The notes beneath the pieces were generated by a model, which did no database searches, had not been told where the DNA came from, and was given only the letters and a program-made list of their open reading frames with translations. DNA of 64,000 bases from Rhizophagus irregularis (lineage: Eukaryota), in the NCBI RefSeq assembly GCF_026210795.1, contig NC_089433.1, positions 3,534,001-3,598,000 of the forward strand. The letters run 5' to 3'. This document shows, piece by piece, positions 1 to 14,086 of the stretch (positions within the stretch are counted from its first letter, which is position 1; each line of letters starts with the position of its first letter). The translations under genes were made by a program, and so were the position numbers.

Positions 1-542
1 TGTTGGCCTCACAATCACGTTCTAAAAAAAAATGGAATTTACCTTTTTCTCATTAGTCTCAAATTATTACACTGCCACATTTATTTGAGAATTTTCTTTT
101 CATAAATTGCGCATAATAAAAGTGTTATTTTTATTTAAAGTGGAGAGTATGTGCAGTATGTATTTATGGATCTTTATAACTTTCACATAATGACGATACA
201 TTCAGTGCAGACTTTTTTCGGGGAGGGCCTATTTGCAACGACTTGATTATTTTTATCGCAGTTTTCAGAATTTGTACGTTGTGATTAATGAGTGATTATT
301 ATTACAGGACAATTACGGGACGATTACAGGACGGTAATCTTCCTTTAATATAATAATCGTAATTGTTTAAATTGTTTATCAGATGATCTATAGTGGGTAG
401 CACGATTTTGGAAAGCGCAATCAGATATTCTTGGCTTGTTCGATTATTTTCGGGAATATGAGATATTTTATATAAAAGTAGTATTATCTCGTTCTTTTTT
501 TTTATTTTTGTATAATTTTAATTTTAAAAACGATTTTATAAA

Positions 543-1079
543 ATGAATATCTTATTTATTGTTTTTTTGATTCTCGTGACATTCGTATCGTCAACTCCAA
601 TAAGGCGTCAAGATGCGCTCAGTGGTTTTAGACCATGTCAAGGCGATTTCCCAAATGAAATTACCTTATTTAGTTTTACTCCCAATCCACTTGTCGGAGG
701 TCAAGAATTTACTGTTCGTATCGGTGGTAAAGCAACTATAACTATTGAAAGCAGTACATTGTATAGGCTTACAGTGAATAAAGAAGTAATCTATGAAACG
801 AGTTTTTGCAAAGAATTTGTCATATCTAGTGGGTTCACTTGTCCAGTAAACGATAATTTTGATTTTACCGCAAAACCTCATCCTATTTCTAAACATACTC
901 AAGTTGAATATGATGTAAAGATAACGAGTGAGTAATAATAATATAAATTACTTATAAATTTTTTTGATTTTATAAAATTTTGTTCTTTAATAACCTTTAC
1001 TATATTTTATACAGTTACAAATCCGGATGGTAAAGATTTATCATGTATTGAAGGAAAAGTCAGCATAACTCATCCTTAA
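543..1079 (+). CDS. Secreted ML-domain (MD-2/NPC2-like) lipid-binding protein, 2 exons (543-927, 1015-1079)
   Basis: Hydrophobic signal peptide MNILFIVFLILVTFVSS. ML-type pattern F.PC...TPNPLV.G...FC.....G.TCPV...LSCIEGKV. A GTGAGT..ACAG intron restores the C-terminus ITNPDGKDLSCIEGKVSITHP*. Confidence 0.85.
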
Positions 1080-1592
1080 TATCATTATAAGTTATATTGT
1101 TTACAGTATATATTGATGTAATATTTGATATCAAAATAAACTTATTAAATTTATTATCATCAAAAAGTTTTATATGTTTGAAGTTTTCGTACGCCAACTC
1201 TCAATCTTTTATTAGAAATAAAATAAACAGTTTCAAAATTCATTTATATGAACAATAACATAAACGTCAGAAAAGAGATTTTTTTTTTTTAGAGGTAAAT
1301 TGAAATGAGTTTTTATTGCTTATATTTCTTGGCGTTATGGATCAAAATAAATCACACTAGTTTACTGTACGTGTGATCTTGGTCGCACGAACATATTCGA
1401 TATATTGATGTTACAAATTTATACAACTGACTAATAAATACACCATTAAATCATTAAAAATGCAGTATGTTAATAAATTTTAGCAATATATTTTTTTATT
1501 TAAATCATTTTATAAAATCATAACGTAGAAAGAAATGGTTTTAGATATAATAAAAGAGTATTATTTTAATTTTCTTTGAGGTTTTCTTCCGG

Positions 1593-2167
1593 TTAAGGAG
1601 CAGAGCGAGAAGCACTTCTTTTACCTATTATTACAAATCAAATAACGGTTAATTCGTCTTGTTCAAATTAAAAAAGAACAATTACTTTTATAAGCTCACC
1701 TTTCATAGTTTTCTTTGGCAACAAATTTTTATGAATGTTGGGCATGACACCTCCCTGAGCAACTGTAACTTGGTTAAATAATTTATCCAGTTCTTCATCG
1801 TTACGAATAGCCAGTTGAATATGGCGAGGAATAATTCTTACTTTCCTGTCACCATGAGCAATTTTACCGGCAAAATCTAATACTTCGGCTACCAAATACT
1901 CGATAACTGCGGAAAGATATACGGGTGCAACAAGACCAATACGTGATGCATAGTTTCCTCTTCGAAGATAACGATTAATACGTCCGACTGGAAATATGAT
2001 ACCAGCCTAAAAGATTATTATCGACGAAAGAGATAAGTAAAAAAATGAAAATTATAAAGTCAAATACTTTATTTTTCTATACCCAAACATACTTTCTGAG
2101 ATCTTGAAAAGTACTTTACTTTCTCTACTTTTGTTGTTACGATTTTACCAATACCTGATCCGTTCAT
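1593..2167 (-). CDS. H2A: Histone H2A, divergent variant, 3 exons (2167-2093, 2006-1700, 1624-1593), 137 aa
   Basis: Spliced product contains [57 protein letters not shown] and [10 protein letters not shown]. Both introns are GT..AG and the exon sum (414 nt) keeps frame. Confidence 0.95.
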
Positions 2168-4944
2168 TTTGTTTCTTGTACGAGTTTTATTAAAAAAAAA
2201 AGATATAAAAGATATGTTATATATTTGATTAAACTTTTTTGTAAACCGTTTCTACGAAAAGTTTATGATGTTTGAGGTACGGTATTTATATATTTATTTG
2301 ATCATAAAAAATTGAGTTTGTAAATTATGTATCTGATTGATTAAATAAGTATAACCAGAATGATTCATCATATTTTAAAACTCAGCTTGAATTTTTTAGG
2401 AATAGGTACTTGTCGTTAAAATATTTTTTTTTTAAATTATTACAAGTGCGTAAATATTGTAAATATTATAAATTTAAAAAACATGAATTTTTTATATTGT
2501 TTTTGCATTTTATTATCCATGTAAAGAAAGTTTTGAGTTTATAAATAAATAATATGAAGTGGTGTAATATTTACGAAGGAAATTAATTTTTGAAAAAAAT
2601 GTTTTATTTTTAATTTTGTTTTGTTACTTTTATTAAATTTTGAGAATTTTTTTATAGAAAATGAAAAGACTGTCATCTAACAACCATTATTTAAATTTTA
2701 AAAAAGCAAACCTAATTAGTCGTTTCTAATTATATTTTTTTTTTAATTTTTAATTGGAAATAAAATATTTCTTTCAACCGACCATGTTTAAAAAGACGGT
2801 TTAAAAGTATTTTCAAAAATTCTTTTTTTTTTTTGATGAATTGAATTTTGATTTTCATAATAAAACTTTTAAACTTCAATACTCAACCTGAATATAATTT
2901 TGCCTTTACGAACAGTTTTTACAGTTTAAAATCAATTTCTTTTAACCTGTTACATCAATGATGAATGATATTATAATTACAACAATTCTATATACAAACT
3001 AACAATCGTTGACAACCATCTACAACCTAAATATCCTATCTTTTTTCTAGAATGGTTTATTAATTATATCGTACTACTATATCATATACTAATATATAAA
3101 TATATATCGTTTTAGAACCAAAATGGAAGTGAGTATATACTAAAAAGCGATGTCACCCGAAACTATCGTGAACACGAAAGCAATATTTATTGTGGTCTTT
3201 ATAAATTACTTTATCTCATGATCCGTCTTATTATTTTGAATTTCTTTTAGTTTTTAGATACGAGAGACCCGTTTTTTTTTGAAAGCGACTATTGTTTTAT
3301 TGGACTATTTTATATTTCTCTATTTTATTTGGAAATTATAATTTGCGCAGTAAATAGTAAACACATTAAATATAATTTGCAAATGATAAACGACTATTAG
3401 AATGTATAACAATTAACGAATAATCACTTGACCCTCCCGGTGGCGTCATCTTTAATTGTAAAGCGGGTCAAAGACTCAAAGTCAGACGATACATTTGGCG
3501 TCGCTGATGCACATTCTGCACCAATCGGAGGCGATCGTCACATTACCCGAGGTTTTTTTCCGCTTCCGTATATGTTGTGTTGAAAGCTGTTCTTTGAATT
3601 TTCTTTAATACACGAGTTTGTAACCGCCTTAAGTCAACGTGATTTTTTTTTTATTAATTTCTTTGTTATATTTTAAAGAAATCAGTGTAATATCGTTCTA
3701 AACGAGTCAAGTACCCTTTGAAAATCGCATGACACTAAAAAGTCCCCTTTGTATTCTCATGGTGTATTAATACTTTCAGTAGATTAAATTGAATAGTTGA
3801 CTTTTCAAAAGAGAAATGGACATTTTCAAATATGTAGTCTAGGCAATAATTTTTTTACAATATATTCAATATATTTTGACGGTTATGCTGTAAATCAACC
3901 ATGTAAATTACAATATACAGTAATTATATTTAATAAAAATTAGAAATGTGGCTACCTGTCTTTACTTAATTATGAAACTAATTTCGGCTGGTCAAGTTAC
4001 CCAACCGGACTCTCGGAGTCCGGTGACGCAAAAATTACTTTGTTTGACCTCCTTGTGACCTTGTGTTATTATATAAGTGTAAATGACGTAAAACAATATA
4101 TACCAATAAAATAGTACCACGGAGAGGATCAAAATATTTGCCCCGAGTCCCCTACTCATGTTAGTCATGTATAATCGGGTTGTACCGGGTAATTTGCATC
4201 TGAGTCGCGAGTCATTTCTATAAATCATGAAGATAATCTTAATTTTTTTTTATTTCTTATTTTTTATTTTTTTTTGTTTAATGAACCGATCTTGTCGAAT
4301 AATTCAATTTTATTTATAGATACTGATACTTCATGTACAAACTTTGTATTTTTAGTATGCAGAATAATGTTTCACCAATAAGATTATTATATCGAAAAAA
4401 AAAATTTTTTTTTTTTTAATTTAAACAAATATATTATTTTTTAAATAGATAATTGTTTTCTTTATTTCTCTATTTTTATTAAAATACATTACATAAATTT
4501 TTTTCATTAAAAAGTAATCACACATGAAATTATACCTCATATTGAATATTACCACAGTAAATATCGGAAAACTGAGGAAAACTGCGGAAATGGCGACACA
4601 ACTTTTTTGATGTGCAATAACCTTATTTGGTAAGTTAAGGTCTCTTGTCAACGCGTTATTCATTCAACTAATTGTTTTGGAAATTGTGCACGGTAACACT
4701 TTCTTGCAGTACAACAAACTTCTTTTTTAGAATTATTTGAAATTATTTAATTATTTATTATCTCTCATTTTTTTTTTTTTTGGTTGAACCACCGTGAAAT
4801 TACTTTAACTTAAAAAATTTTGTACATTACTCGCGTAAACGACTAGAACTAGTCGTTTGCACAAAAAATAATTTTTATTTTCGCGAAGGTTACATTAACT
4901 ACGACGACTTCCTCTCGTAATTTTGGAACTTAGTGTTTAGGAAT

Positions 4945-7127
4945 ATGCACTCACCTACGGAGCACTTTTCAGACTCGTACGAGCCAAACGACCGGCATGT
5001 CGTAAGTGAAAAAAAAGAATGTAGAGTGCTCAGTAGAAAGGAGAAAACTGCAACTCCGTATTTATTGGAAGAATGGAGAGAAAATATGTTGTTTTGGAAG
5101 AACCATGATACTTGTCGTCGAATGTTTAACGTAAGTAAGGGGTTTTACGTTAGTTTCTACATATAAATTAGTAATATTTATACCCGTAAACGAAATATAA
5201 AGGTATCATTGAATAAGTATTGTAGATGAGAAATATTGCATAACGTGAGCAATTTTTGTATATGGTTTTCTAAAATATTATTTTTTTTTCGTTAGTGGGT
5301 ACGAGAGGTACTTGGAGGCCTGGATGAAAATTTTCTCAAAAAAATCTTCAATAAGCTCCTTCATGATGGAGAACTTGTTAATGATCATGTTCGCATGTAT
5401 TTACACATTAATGGTTATAAGGTCGATGGACGAGAAATAATTGACGTAAGCACTCAACTAATTGTGAAATTTTTTTTCTTTTTTTCAACATTCTTAATAA
5501 AATTGTTACGGATTTATTCATAATACAGATCCCATACTGGATGCATATTGCGTTTCTCCAAGTTATGCACCTGGTATATCTAGATGATGATATTATGTTG
5601 TCGGAAATGATTGAGGAATTAACTCGTCCACGATTGAAACATAAAAACGCAAAAAGTATGTTTTTCTTATTTATTTATTTACTACTAATTATTTTAATTA
5701 ATCATTTCGAGTTTTAATAAATAATTTTGGTGCTCTTTTTTTTTTTAGAAATTACAATAATGTTGAATATGTTTTTTGGATACATATCAGAAAGGTCGTT
5801 TTTAGTGGTAGAATTTCCCATGGACGATTGGAGGAATAACTTCGATCATTTTGTTAATGATGTTGAAATTTCAACTGAAACTCTTCCAATGGATATCGTT
5901 ATTGATGTTATTGATGATGAAAATAGGGATCGTCCGAACGTAAATCCTATCGATCAAGTGATCCCTGTTTTTACAGTTGATGATACTGGTTACTCTGGTG
6001 ATGATCCTGATGCGCAACCTTGTTCAGTTTCCGATTCTCCTTCACTACCAAACGACGAAGTCAATGAAGGCCGTGCGGATAAATTCACAAATTGTACTCT
6101 AAATGATGAAGGTGCAACACACAAAATCGACAAAAACGAATCTGCTCGCCCGGTAGATATTATTACCATAACAGATGATTCACCTATAGGCTTAGATAAC
6201 CGACTCATTGCTACCCCATCTTTAACGGACGCGCATCCTTCTTGGGACTGTTTGGTATTTCAAACTTCACCAGGCAGACCAGGAAGAAAGTCCAAGATAC
6301 GAGTGACAGCCGAAGAGAAAGCGAAATTCAATACACTTGTATTTAGCTCTTTCCTGGGAACAAAACGTGACAACGCTTCGCTCATTTTATCCACTTCAAA
6401 GTCAAATGATACAAATGATACGGAACTAGCGGGAATTAAAAGTGGGATATTTTATGGGCTCACAATTTTTTTTAAAGGTAATTGCATTAATATTATAATT
6501 TGTTAATTATTACATAGATTATTAATGTAGAAATTTCTTCCATTTTAGATCGAGCTTTACATATCCGAGAAAATTTAAGAACTCTTGTGACACAAAATGG
6601 AGGTGAAGTTTGGTAGGTTATTTAATAAATTGATTTTTTATTTATTAAATTTATTTATATATTAACTTTATTTGTATTATTTAACAGCGATAAGCTGAAA
6701 AAAATAACCACTCATGTAATAACATGTAAACCAGTACCTTGGTATAAGGTTGATGAGTTGCGGCGCAGCACAAACTGCCGGGTAGTCAACCCCGAATGGA
6801 TTTTGGAATGTACACGTGTTGGTCGACGTGTTAATGAAAATGCATTCAATATGGCTGGGGTTCAACAGGTGAGGATTATTTTTTCTAAAATTCAATATGT
6901 GTGTGATTATTATTAATAGTGTATAATTAACTTTATAGTCGCAACCAACAATTTTAAAATTTATGAGTGGAGATACAAATGATCAACTAGGTTCTGATGA
7001 CCTTCCTAATACAAGGAAAAGAGGAAGAGAGGTTGATGATATTCCAAGTGAAAACAAGAGGCATCGAGTCAATTCTTACGTTGGTTCTGAAATTCAAAAT
7101 CATGTACAAGATATCGAATGCGTCTGA
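4945..7127 (+). CDS. BRCT-domain nuclear protein, 7 exons (4945-5130, 5296-5445, 5529-5655, 5749-6477, 6549-6612, 6688-6868, 6939-7127), ~541 aa
   Basis: All junctions are GT..AG and phase-compatible. Spliced BRCT signature GIFYGLTIFFK..LRTLVTQNGGEV..TTHVIT..VVNPEWILEC, followed by QPTILKF and a basic bipartite NLS-like RKRGR..KRHR. Confidence 0.8.
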
Positions 7128-10100
7128 TTTGAAGCAGTTAGAAGTTTGTAGGTGGCAGCAATGGCTTTTTGCATGAACAACCGATGGATCGAAAAAAAAG
7201 GTCGAATAATAAGTGTCGTATGTTTACTGCGACAAAAGTAGATTTTGACAATTATTATGCAAACGATAAGAAATTTATTCTTCAATGGGTCACAATGTCT
7301 TGTAGGTGCACTATAGAAATTGGTATTGGATACCCTTTTAGTAGAGCTAACATTTTGTTGTGGCGCATAAGAAATAATCAATGACAATTTGATTTGCAAG
7401 AAATGCTGATATCTGGATCTAAATTCAACAATGTTTTGGAAAAAAATTGAATTATAATTAACTTTAACGAAAAAAAACATTATATAGAGGAGCAATAGAT
7501 TCAACGCTATTTAACAAACGCACGTTATATATAGATCATCGCCAAAAAAAAAAAAAAAATTTGTATGAATCATGTATTGCAATATTTATTTAACAAATAA
7601 AAGATAGAATTATTATGTCCTTCCGGTATCCTTTTAAAACGGGTTTAAAACCTGTTTATTCGAGTTATTTTAAAATGGTACATCTAAAACCTACCATGAT
7701 TTATTATAGTTTTGTTAATATTTTAACAAATTTCACACGATTTCTTTAAATAAGTAATATTAATATAAGAGAAATACGGTAGATATTATTTTATTTTAGC
7801 GAGACGATATATACAAGCACTGTATGTTTCGTGGAAATTTTGACAATAAATTTAATAAAATATACTTTTTTTACGATTTCTACGATTTCCGATTAATTAT
7901 ACAAGTAGTATATTATAGATATTACAAAATGTACGGAAACGCATATTTTTTTTATTGAAAAGCAAATAAGCTAAAGATCAATCAAATGTCTAAATTCTTT
8001 TATTTTCTAAAATTTACATTGGTGTATCCAAAAGAATAATTTAAGAAATAATTTATAAATTGAACAAATGACAAATAATAATAAACAAATTGAGAACTGA
8101 TAATTTCGTAAAAAAAAAAATACAATTAACAACAATTCAACATACGAAACGATGTGATGATAGTAAAAATAAAATGATATTATTTCAAAATATTGCTATT
8201 AAAAACCCTGTATCAGGCAATGAATTACGAAATTTTCTATCGTCTTTCAACCGAATTTATGCAAACCTTTCTTTTACATAAGTAATAAATAAATAGATAT
8301 ATAATTAAGAAAATAAATATTAATATTATAAAAAAATCAAATTAAAAAAAAATATAAATGTAAAATAAAAATATGAAATAAATGTTCCATTAACATTATT
8401 ATAAACAAAATAAAATAAAATTTTTACACGTTTTCTATTTTTATTCTAGATCAGATGGACATATTATAAATGATATCTTTGTACTTGATATTTATAATTT
8501 AACGTAATATAAACATTTCTTTTGAATTATTTAGAAAAATCCATTTTTTTAATAAATAATTTTTATGTTTTTATTTAAAACAAGTTATTCGTACGACGAA
8601 ACTTCATTCAATTTAAGATATTTATTATTTTTTTTTTTGTAAATTAAATCTATTAAATTGAACATGATCCAGAAGAATTCGTTGGATTAATTTTTGATGA
8701 TAAAACGAAAGTTATATATACCTTGAATCTATGGAAAATCCGAAATTTAATGTATATGATGTGAAAAGTACCAATTATCGTTGATAATACCTTTGGCGCT
8801 AGCAAGTAAAAGATTGTAATTTTTTTTTTTACTTTATTCATATTAATGATCTCTAATTAATTGATTTATATATATAATTAAAAAACTTGAACATGATTCA
8901 GTATTATTGTTCATAATAGGTTTATGGTCTAATTTTAATTAAGCGTCATTTTGAAATAAGTTAATTCATTGGGCACAACGAAGTGGATTGAATGATGTAG
9001 TAATTGATAGAGGCAAGTTTACCGCTGAATAATAGAAGATTCGCAATTTTTGATCTAAGTCCTGAACTCCTGATTATCATAGGATAATTTTGGGTATAAC
9101 GTCTTTACTGTGAAAACACGGTCAGTAATTATGTTATGTTAGAATATTTTTGGATCATTTTTATTAATCATTTTTATTAATACAAGTATTGAAACCTTGT
9201 CATTAAGAGTTAATAGACAAGCTGAAAATGCCTTTGGAATTAGCAAGATGGTCAGAATCAAAACATGACGTCCTATAGGTTTCATATCCAGGATTTGAAT
9301 CACCATACTTATCATGAAAATGCTAAAAATATGCGGAATGGATTTGGATGTATTTGCTTTTGGTGTTAAAAGTGATGCAAATGTTGGAACCGAATTCATT
9401 GATGCTTTACGACCTGCAAGATAATAATTTGATTTTTTTGTTTTTATTCATATGAAAAAAATATTTGGCTATTTGGTAAATGTGAGTGACTCAAAAATTC
9501 TTTTTACTACATCCTGCTTCAACAACACATCCATAATTGATGGATAAAGAACAATTGTAAATAAAGAGACGATATATATCTCCGTTGGTCATGAACAACA
9601 TATCGATGATATTAAAGAAGATTTTACAATTGCGTTTTAAAAACAATTTAAAGAAATCGAATAATATTTTTGACTTCACGTACAAACAATAATAACATTA
9701 TGTATATATATTTTATATCTAGATTAGAAGAATGTTCTTATTATAATTTTTATTTTATTTTTTTTTTAATGGTAATTTATGTCAAAAATACGAATTCACT
9801 GCTTTATAATAAACAATTTTATAATTATTGACACATTCATGCAAAATGATCTTCAAAGTGAAACTTTCTCGCTAGGACATATTTGGACTTTAATTAATAG
9901 AACGCAAAATTTTTTTTTTTTTTTGCATGTTATTTAGGAAGCAAACCGAGGTCTTATGTTTGTAATATATTGGGAATTTGGGATAAATTACGTAATAATC
10001 GCACATATGATTAAATTTTTAAGTGTTAACAAATAATGAAATGACTACGCAAAAATAAGTAGACAAAAAAAAAAATTTTTAAATCACAAAAGGACGGCAA

Positions 10101-10694
10101 AAAAAATTCTTTTTGTTATTTGGGTTAGTTTGAAAATAGACCTATTAATTTTGCGTATTCCTTTTTTTTTTATTGGTTTAATAATAACTTGCGTGATTTT
10201 ATAAATTTACTATATTTAGTATAATTTACTACAGCGAAGCTTTAGAATGATCTATACACTTTAATTTGTCGTACAAATTTTTCTTAACCGTTATAGGAAA
10301 AATATATATATATACATATTGACCATATTTATTTAAATAATCGTTTTTTTTTATGTTTCCTTTCTCGTTAATTTGTGCTCCACTTTTATTTTCACCATTT
10401 TCTTCTGTGAAATAATTACACCAATTAGACCTACATCTACATGCATCTTGACTAAATAGGTATAAATAATAAAGTTGATTAATTAACTGCATTATCGTTA
10501 TGTCGATAAATACTAAAATTAATTGTGATTTTTCCATAATACCATGGTAAATTCTTAAAATTCCATGTGGAAATCTAGAAATACTTTCCGTATCATCAAA
10601 AGAAAGTTCTTTTTAAAACTTCTGATAATGTACAATTCAGATATAAATACAGTACAGTCAAATTTCCATAACATATAGTAATTATCATAATAAA

Positions 10695-13604
10695 ATGGAA
10701 CTTGTAAATACGAATAATGAAAGTTCATTTGACCCAACGCCAAAATTAAAATCTAGTCCTATACCGATTAAATTTATTTCTTTTAATTGCTTTGATAAAA
10801 ATTGTGTTTATTGTGGAGAAAAATATACTTGGGCGCTTTTTTGTCGTGGGCAACATTATTGCAAAAAATGTCTATCACGTTATATTAATGACATGAGTCA
10901 TGTAACTGATGTAACTGATAATAATATATACTTGGACGTATATTACACAATGGACTTGGAATGTGGTGAACATGAAATAAGTAGGTCAAAAGTACCACAA
11001 AATATTCAAGAATGCTGTGGAAATTGCTTGAGAATTTTATGTTTTAAACAAATAATATATGATTATGATATTAGTGATTATGGTCTTGATAACAATGATC
11101 TCACTAAACACAATAACGTAATTGAAAGTGAAAAAGATTGTAGATTATGTGGAAAATCATTATATCAAGGACCAGAGGAATATATTATGAAGCTATTTAA
11201 GTTATGCTCAGATTGTTATCTAATTTCTTCCGAATGTATAGAATCAACTTTGGTTAAAAAGAAACTTTCAGTTATTTACTTACCATGGTGGCATAATAAT
11301 TATGGTAGATGTAACATGTGTAGGACAAACTTAACATTTACATCAGATTGTCAAAAGTACTGTATAAATTGCTACATATTTTATATTGGATGCAGATATT
11401 GTTTAACAACTAATATTATTTTTGGACCTGCATGTCAATCCCAATGTAAAAAATGCAAAAGAATATCATCTATAAATATTGATTTTAATATTGATGATTT
11501 CATTTTTAATAATTTTATATATGATAATTTAAATAAATTAAATCTAACTGCTAAGATTACAAAAGCTTTAAAAAATATTGATAAATATTTTAAACCATCT
11601 TACATAATATTCTTTATCTTTAGAAAAAAAGATAGAATAAAAACAATTAAGTGGATACCATATTCTCAATTAACAGACGTAAAAGAAATAACAAAAGGAG
11701 GATATGGTATTATATATAAAGCAACTTGGTTAAGTACAAATGATAAAGGTGTCATTTTAAAGAGATTCGAAAATTCCAAAAACGATGGCAAATATTTTTT
11801 AAATGAGGTAAATATTTTAATTTTAATAATTTCTTATTAAATAAGTTTAATCCTTAACTTTATTTATTCTCTAATTTATAGTTAAAGTCGATACAGCATA
11901 TTTTCTTAAGATATATGGGTCACGTTATTGAAACTTATGGCTTTACAAAAGATCCTAAATTAGGGGATTATATAATAGTAATGGAATATGCATCAAAAGG
12001 TGATTTACACAAGCATTTACAAAAGAATTTTACAAATATTGCATGGATTAAACAAAAACCGCTCATTTTATGGCAAATTTCAGAAGGGTATTTATATTTA
12101 AATTCATTAATTATATTCTTTAAATTTAGGTTATTGATTTTTTCTATTTTAGACTTGAAACTATACATAAAAAGAGATTTGTACATCGAGACTTCCATAG
12201 CGGAAATGTATTGTTTGACGACATATTTAGACGTAATCGCAGTAAAAATTGTCAATGGAAAATTGGAGATCTAGGATTATCACAAGCTATAAATAGTAAA
12301 TCACCAAATAATGAAATATACGGAGTAGTACCTTATATTGCGCCAGAAATCTTTAAAGGATCTAAATTTACTAAGGAAGCTGATATTTATAGTTTTGGTA
12401 TGATTATGTGGGAATTTACAACAGGTTGTAAACCTTTTAATAATGTTAAACATGATCACATTCTTATTTATAAAATTCTTGATGGAAAACGACCTAAAAT
12501 TACAGAAGATACACCAGAATGTTATGCTAATTTGATGAAAAATTGTTGGGACCCTGATCCAAAAAAAAGACCTTCTATAAAAGAAATTCGATTAACCTTT
12601 GGTGGTTGGGCGTTTAGAAATAAAAATAAAGTAGAATTTAATCAAGCTGAAGTAAAAAGAAAGGAACTGATAAAATCAAAGAAGATTGGACCTGAATTTG
12701 CTGAAAAACGACATCCAGAAGCCATTTATACGAGTAGGCCATTAAGTGCTTTAATTTCTAAATGTTCATCCATCAATTCATCTTCAACAATTTCATCTGG
12801 TAATAGACAAGGTATTACTAAAAAAAGTTAAATATTGATTTATAAATATCATATGAATTATAAGTTATATGTTATATTCTTTTAGATTCCAATTATATCT
12901 CAGTTAATACAGAGTTTACAGATACTATTAGGTATTTAAAGTAACAAAATGTTTTTTTTGTTTTAAATGACATAACTAATTGTTTGAATTTATTATCAAT
13001 TTATTTATTTAGTTTGTCATCACAAAATTTAAGTTCTACAAGTCAAAATTGTTTAAACTCTTTAGATTCTAAATATATCTCAGCAGAATTGGAACTTGAT
13101 ATAGATACTAGAAGGTATTTAAAATTACAATAAACAAATGATTTAAAGACAAAATTAAATTATTTAATTTATTAATTTTTTACTTAGTTTATCGTCACAA
13201 AATTTAAATTCTACGATTCAAAATTATTCAACCACTTCGAGTTCTAATTATATCTCGGCAGAATTGGAGTTTGATATAGATACTAAAAGGTATTTTAATA
13301 ATATAACAATAAAAAAAAAATGTTTTAAAAGACACAACTAATTACTTAAATTTTTTATTTAGTTTATCAACGCAGAATTTAAGTTCCATAGGTCAAAATT
13401 TTTCAACCTCTTCAAAAAGGAGAAGAAATGAAGTATTTTTGAATATCGAAACTCATGGCAATAGTGGTAAGTAAATATTTATCTGACTCGGTGTTATTTA
13501 TATTATTTATCTTTTGTTTTAACGTTTACGTCAACGTTTAATTTTTTAAATTTAAAAATATTAAAGTAGGAAAACGTATTAAAACTAGTTCCAATTATCC
13601 ATAA
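10695..13604 (+). CDS. Tyrosine-kinase-like protein kinase with Cys-rich (multiple CxxC) N-terminus, copy 1, 8 exons (10695-11807, 11882-12087, 12153-12811, 12886-12931, 13013-13114, 13188-13289, 13363-13466, 13570-13604)
   Basis: KGGYGIIYKA, VILK, FLNE, HRDFHSGN, IGDLGLS, YGVVPYIAPE, DIYSFG and CWDPDPKKRP motifs. Short downstream exons splice in frame to ..GKRIKTSSNYP*. Confidence 0.9.
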
Positions 13605-14086
13605 AACTATAGAAGTTAAAATATTTCATTCTTCTGCTGCAGATACAGAGTATATGGAAATTTCAATAATTTTATCAGATTTTTTTCAAAGAAATTGGAA
13701 TCCAGTTGTCCAAGATACTTTATTAACGCGTTTATATATAACAATTACTATTTTCATATTAAACTAGTGTTTCTTTAGGGTGTATACTACCACGCACGTT
13801 TATATTATGTTATTAATAAAAAAAATTGTGCTTTATAGAAATTTACAAAATTATGAAGCTGAAGCGAAAGATTAGAAATTTAGTAAGATGATGCACGATT
13901 GCATCTTTATACATTTATGGATCACATGAATTATTTATCACATGATTATCTCACAGCGATAGTTTAGTTTATTTTACCTTAGCAAATGATAATTTTATAT
14001 TTGATATGATATTTGGTGATATTTTTTATTTTTATTTTTTCTTAATTATTTTATAATAAAGGATTTATATTTTTTAATGATAATTT

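Noticed and set aside
8650..9600. Possible decayed multi-exon gene on the minus strand
   Set aside because: Splice-like sites and coding-like patches exist, but every frame has stops and no family is recognisable.
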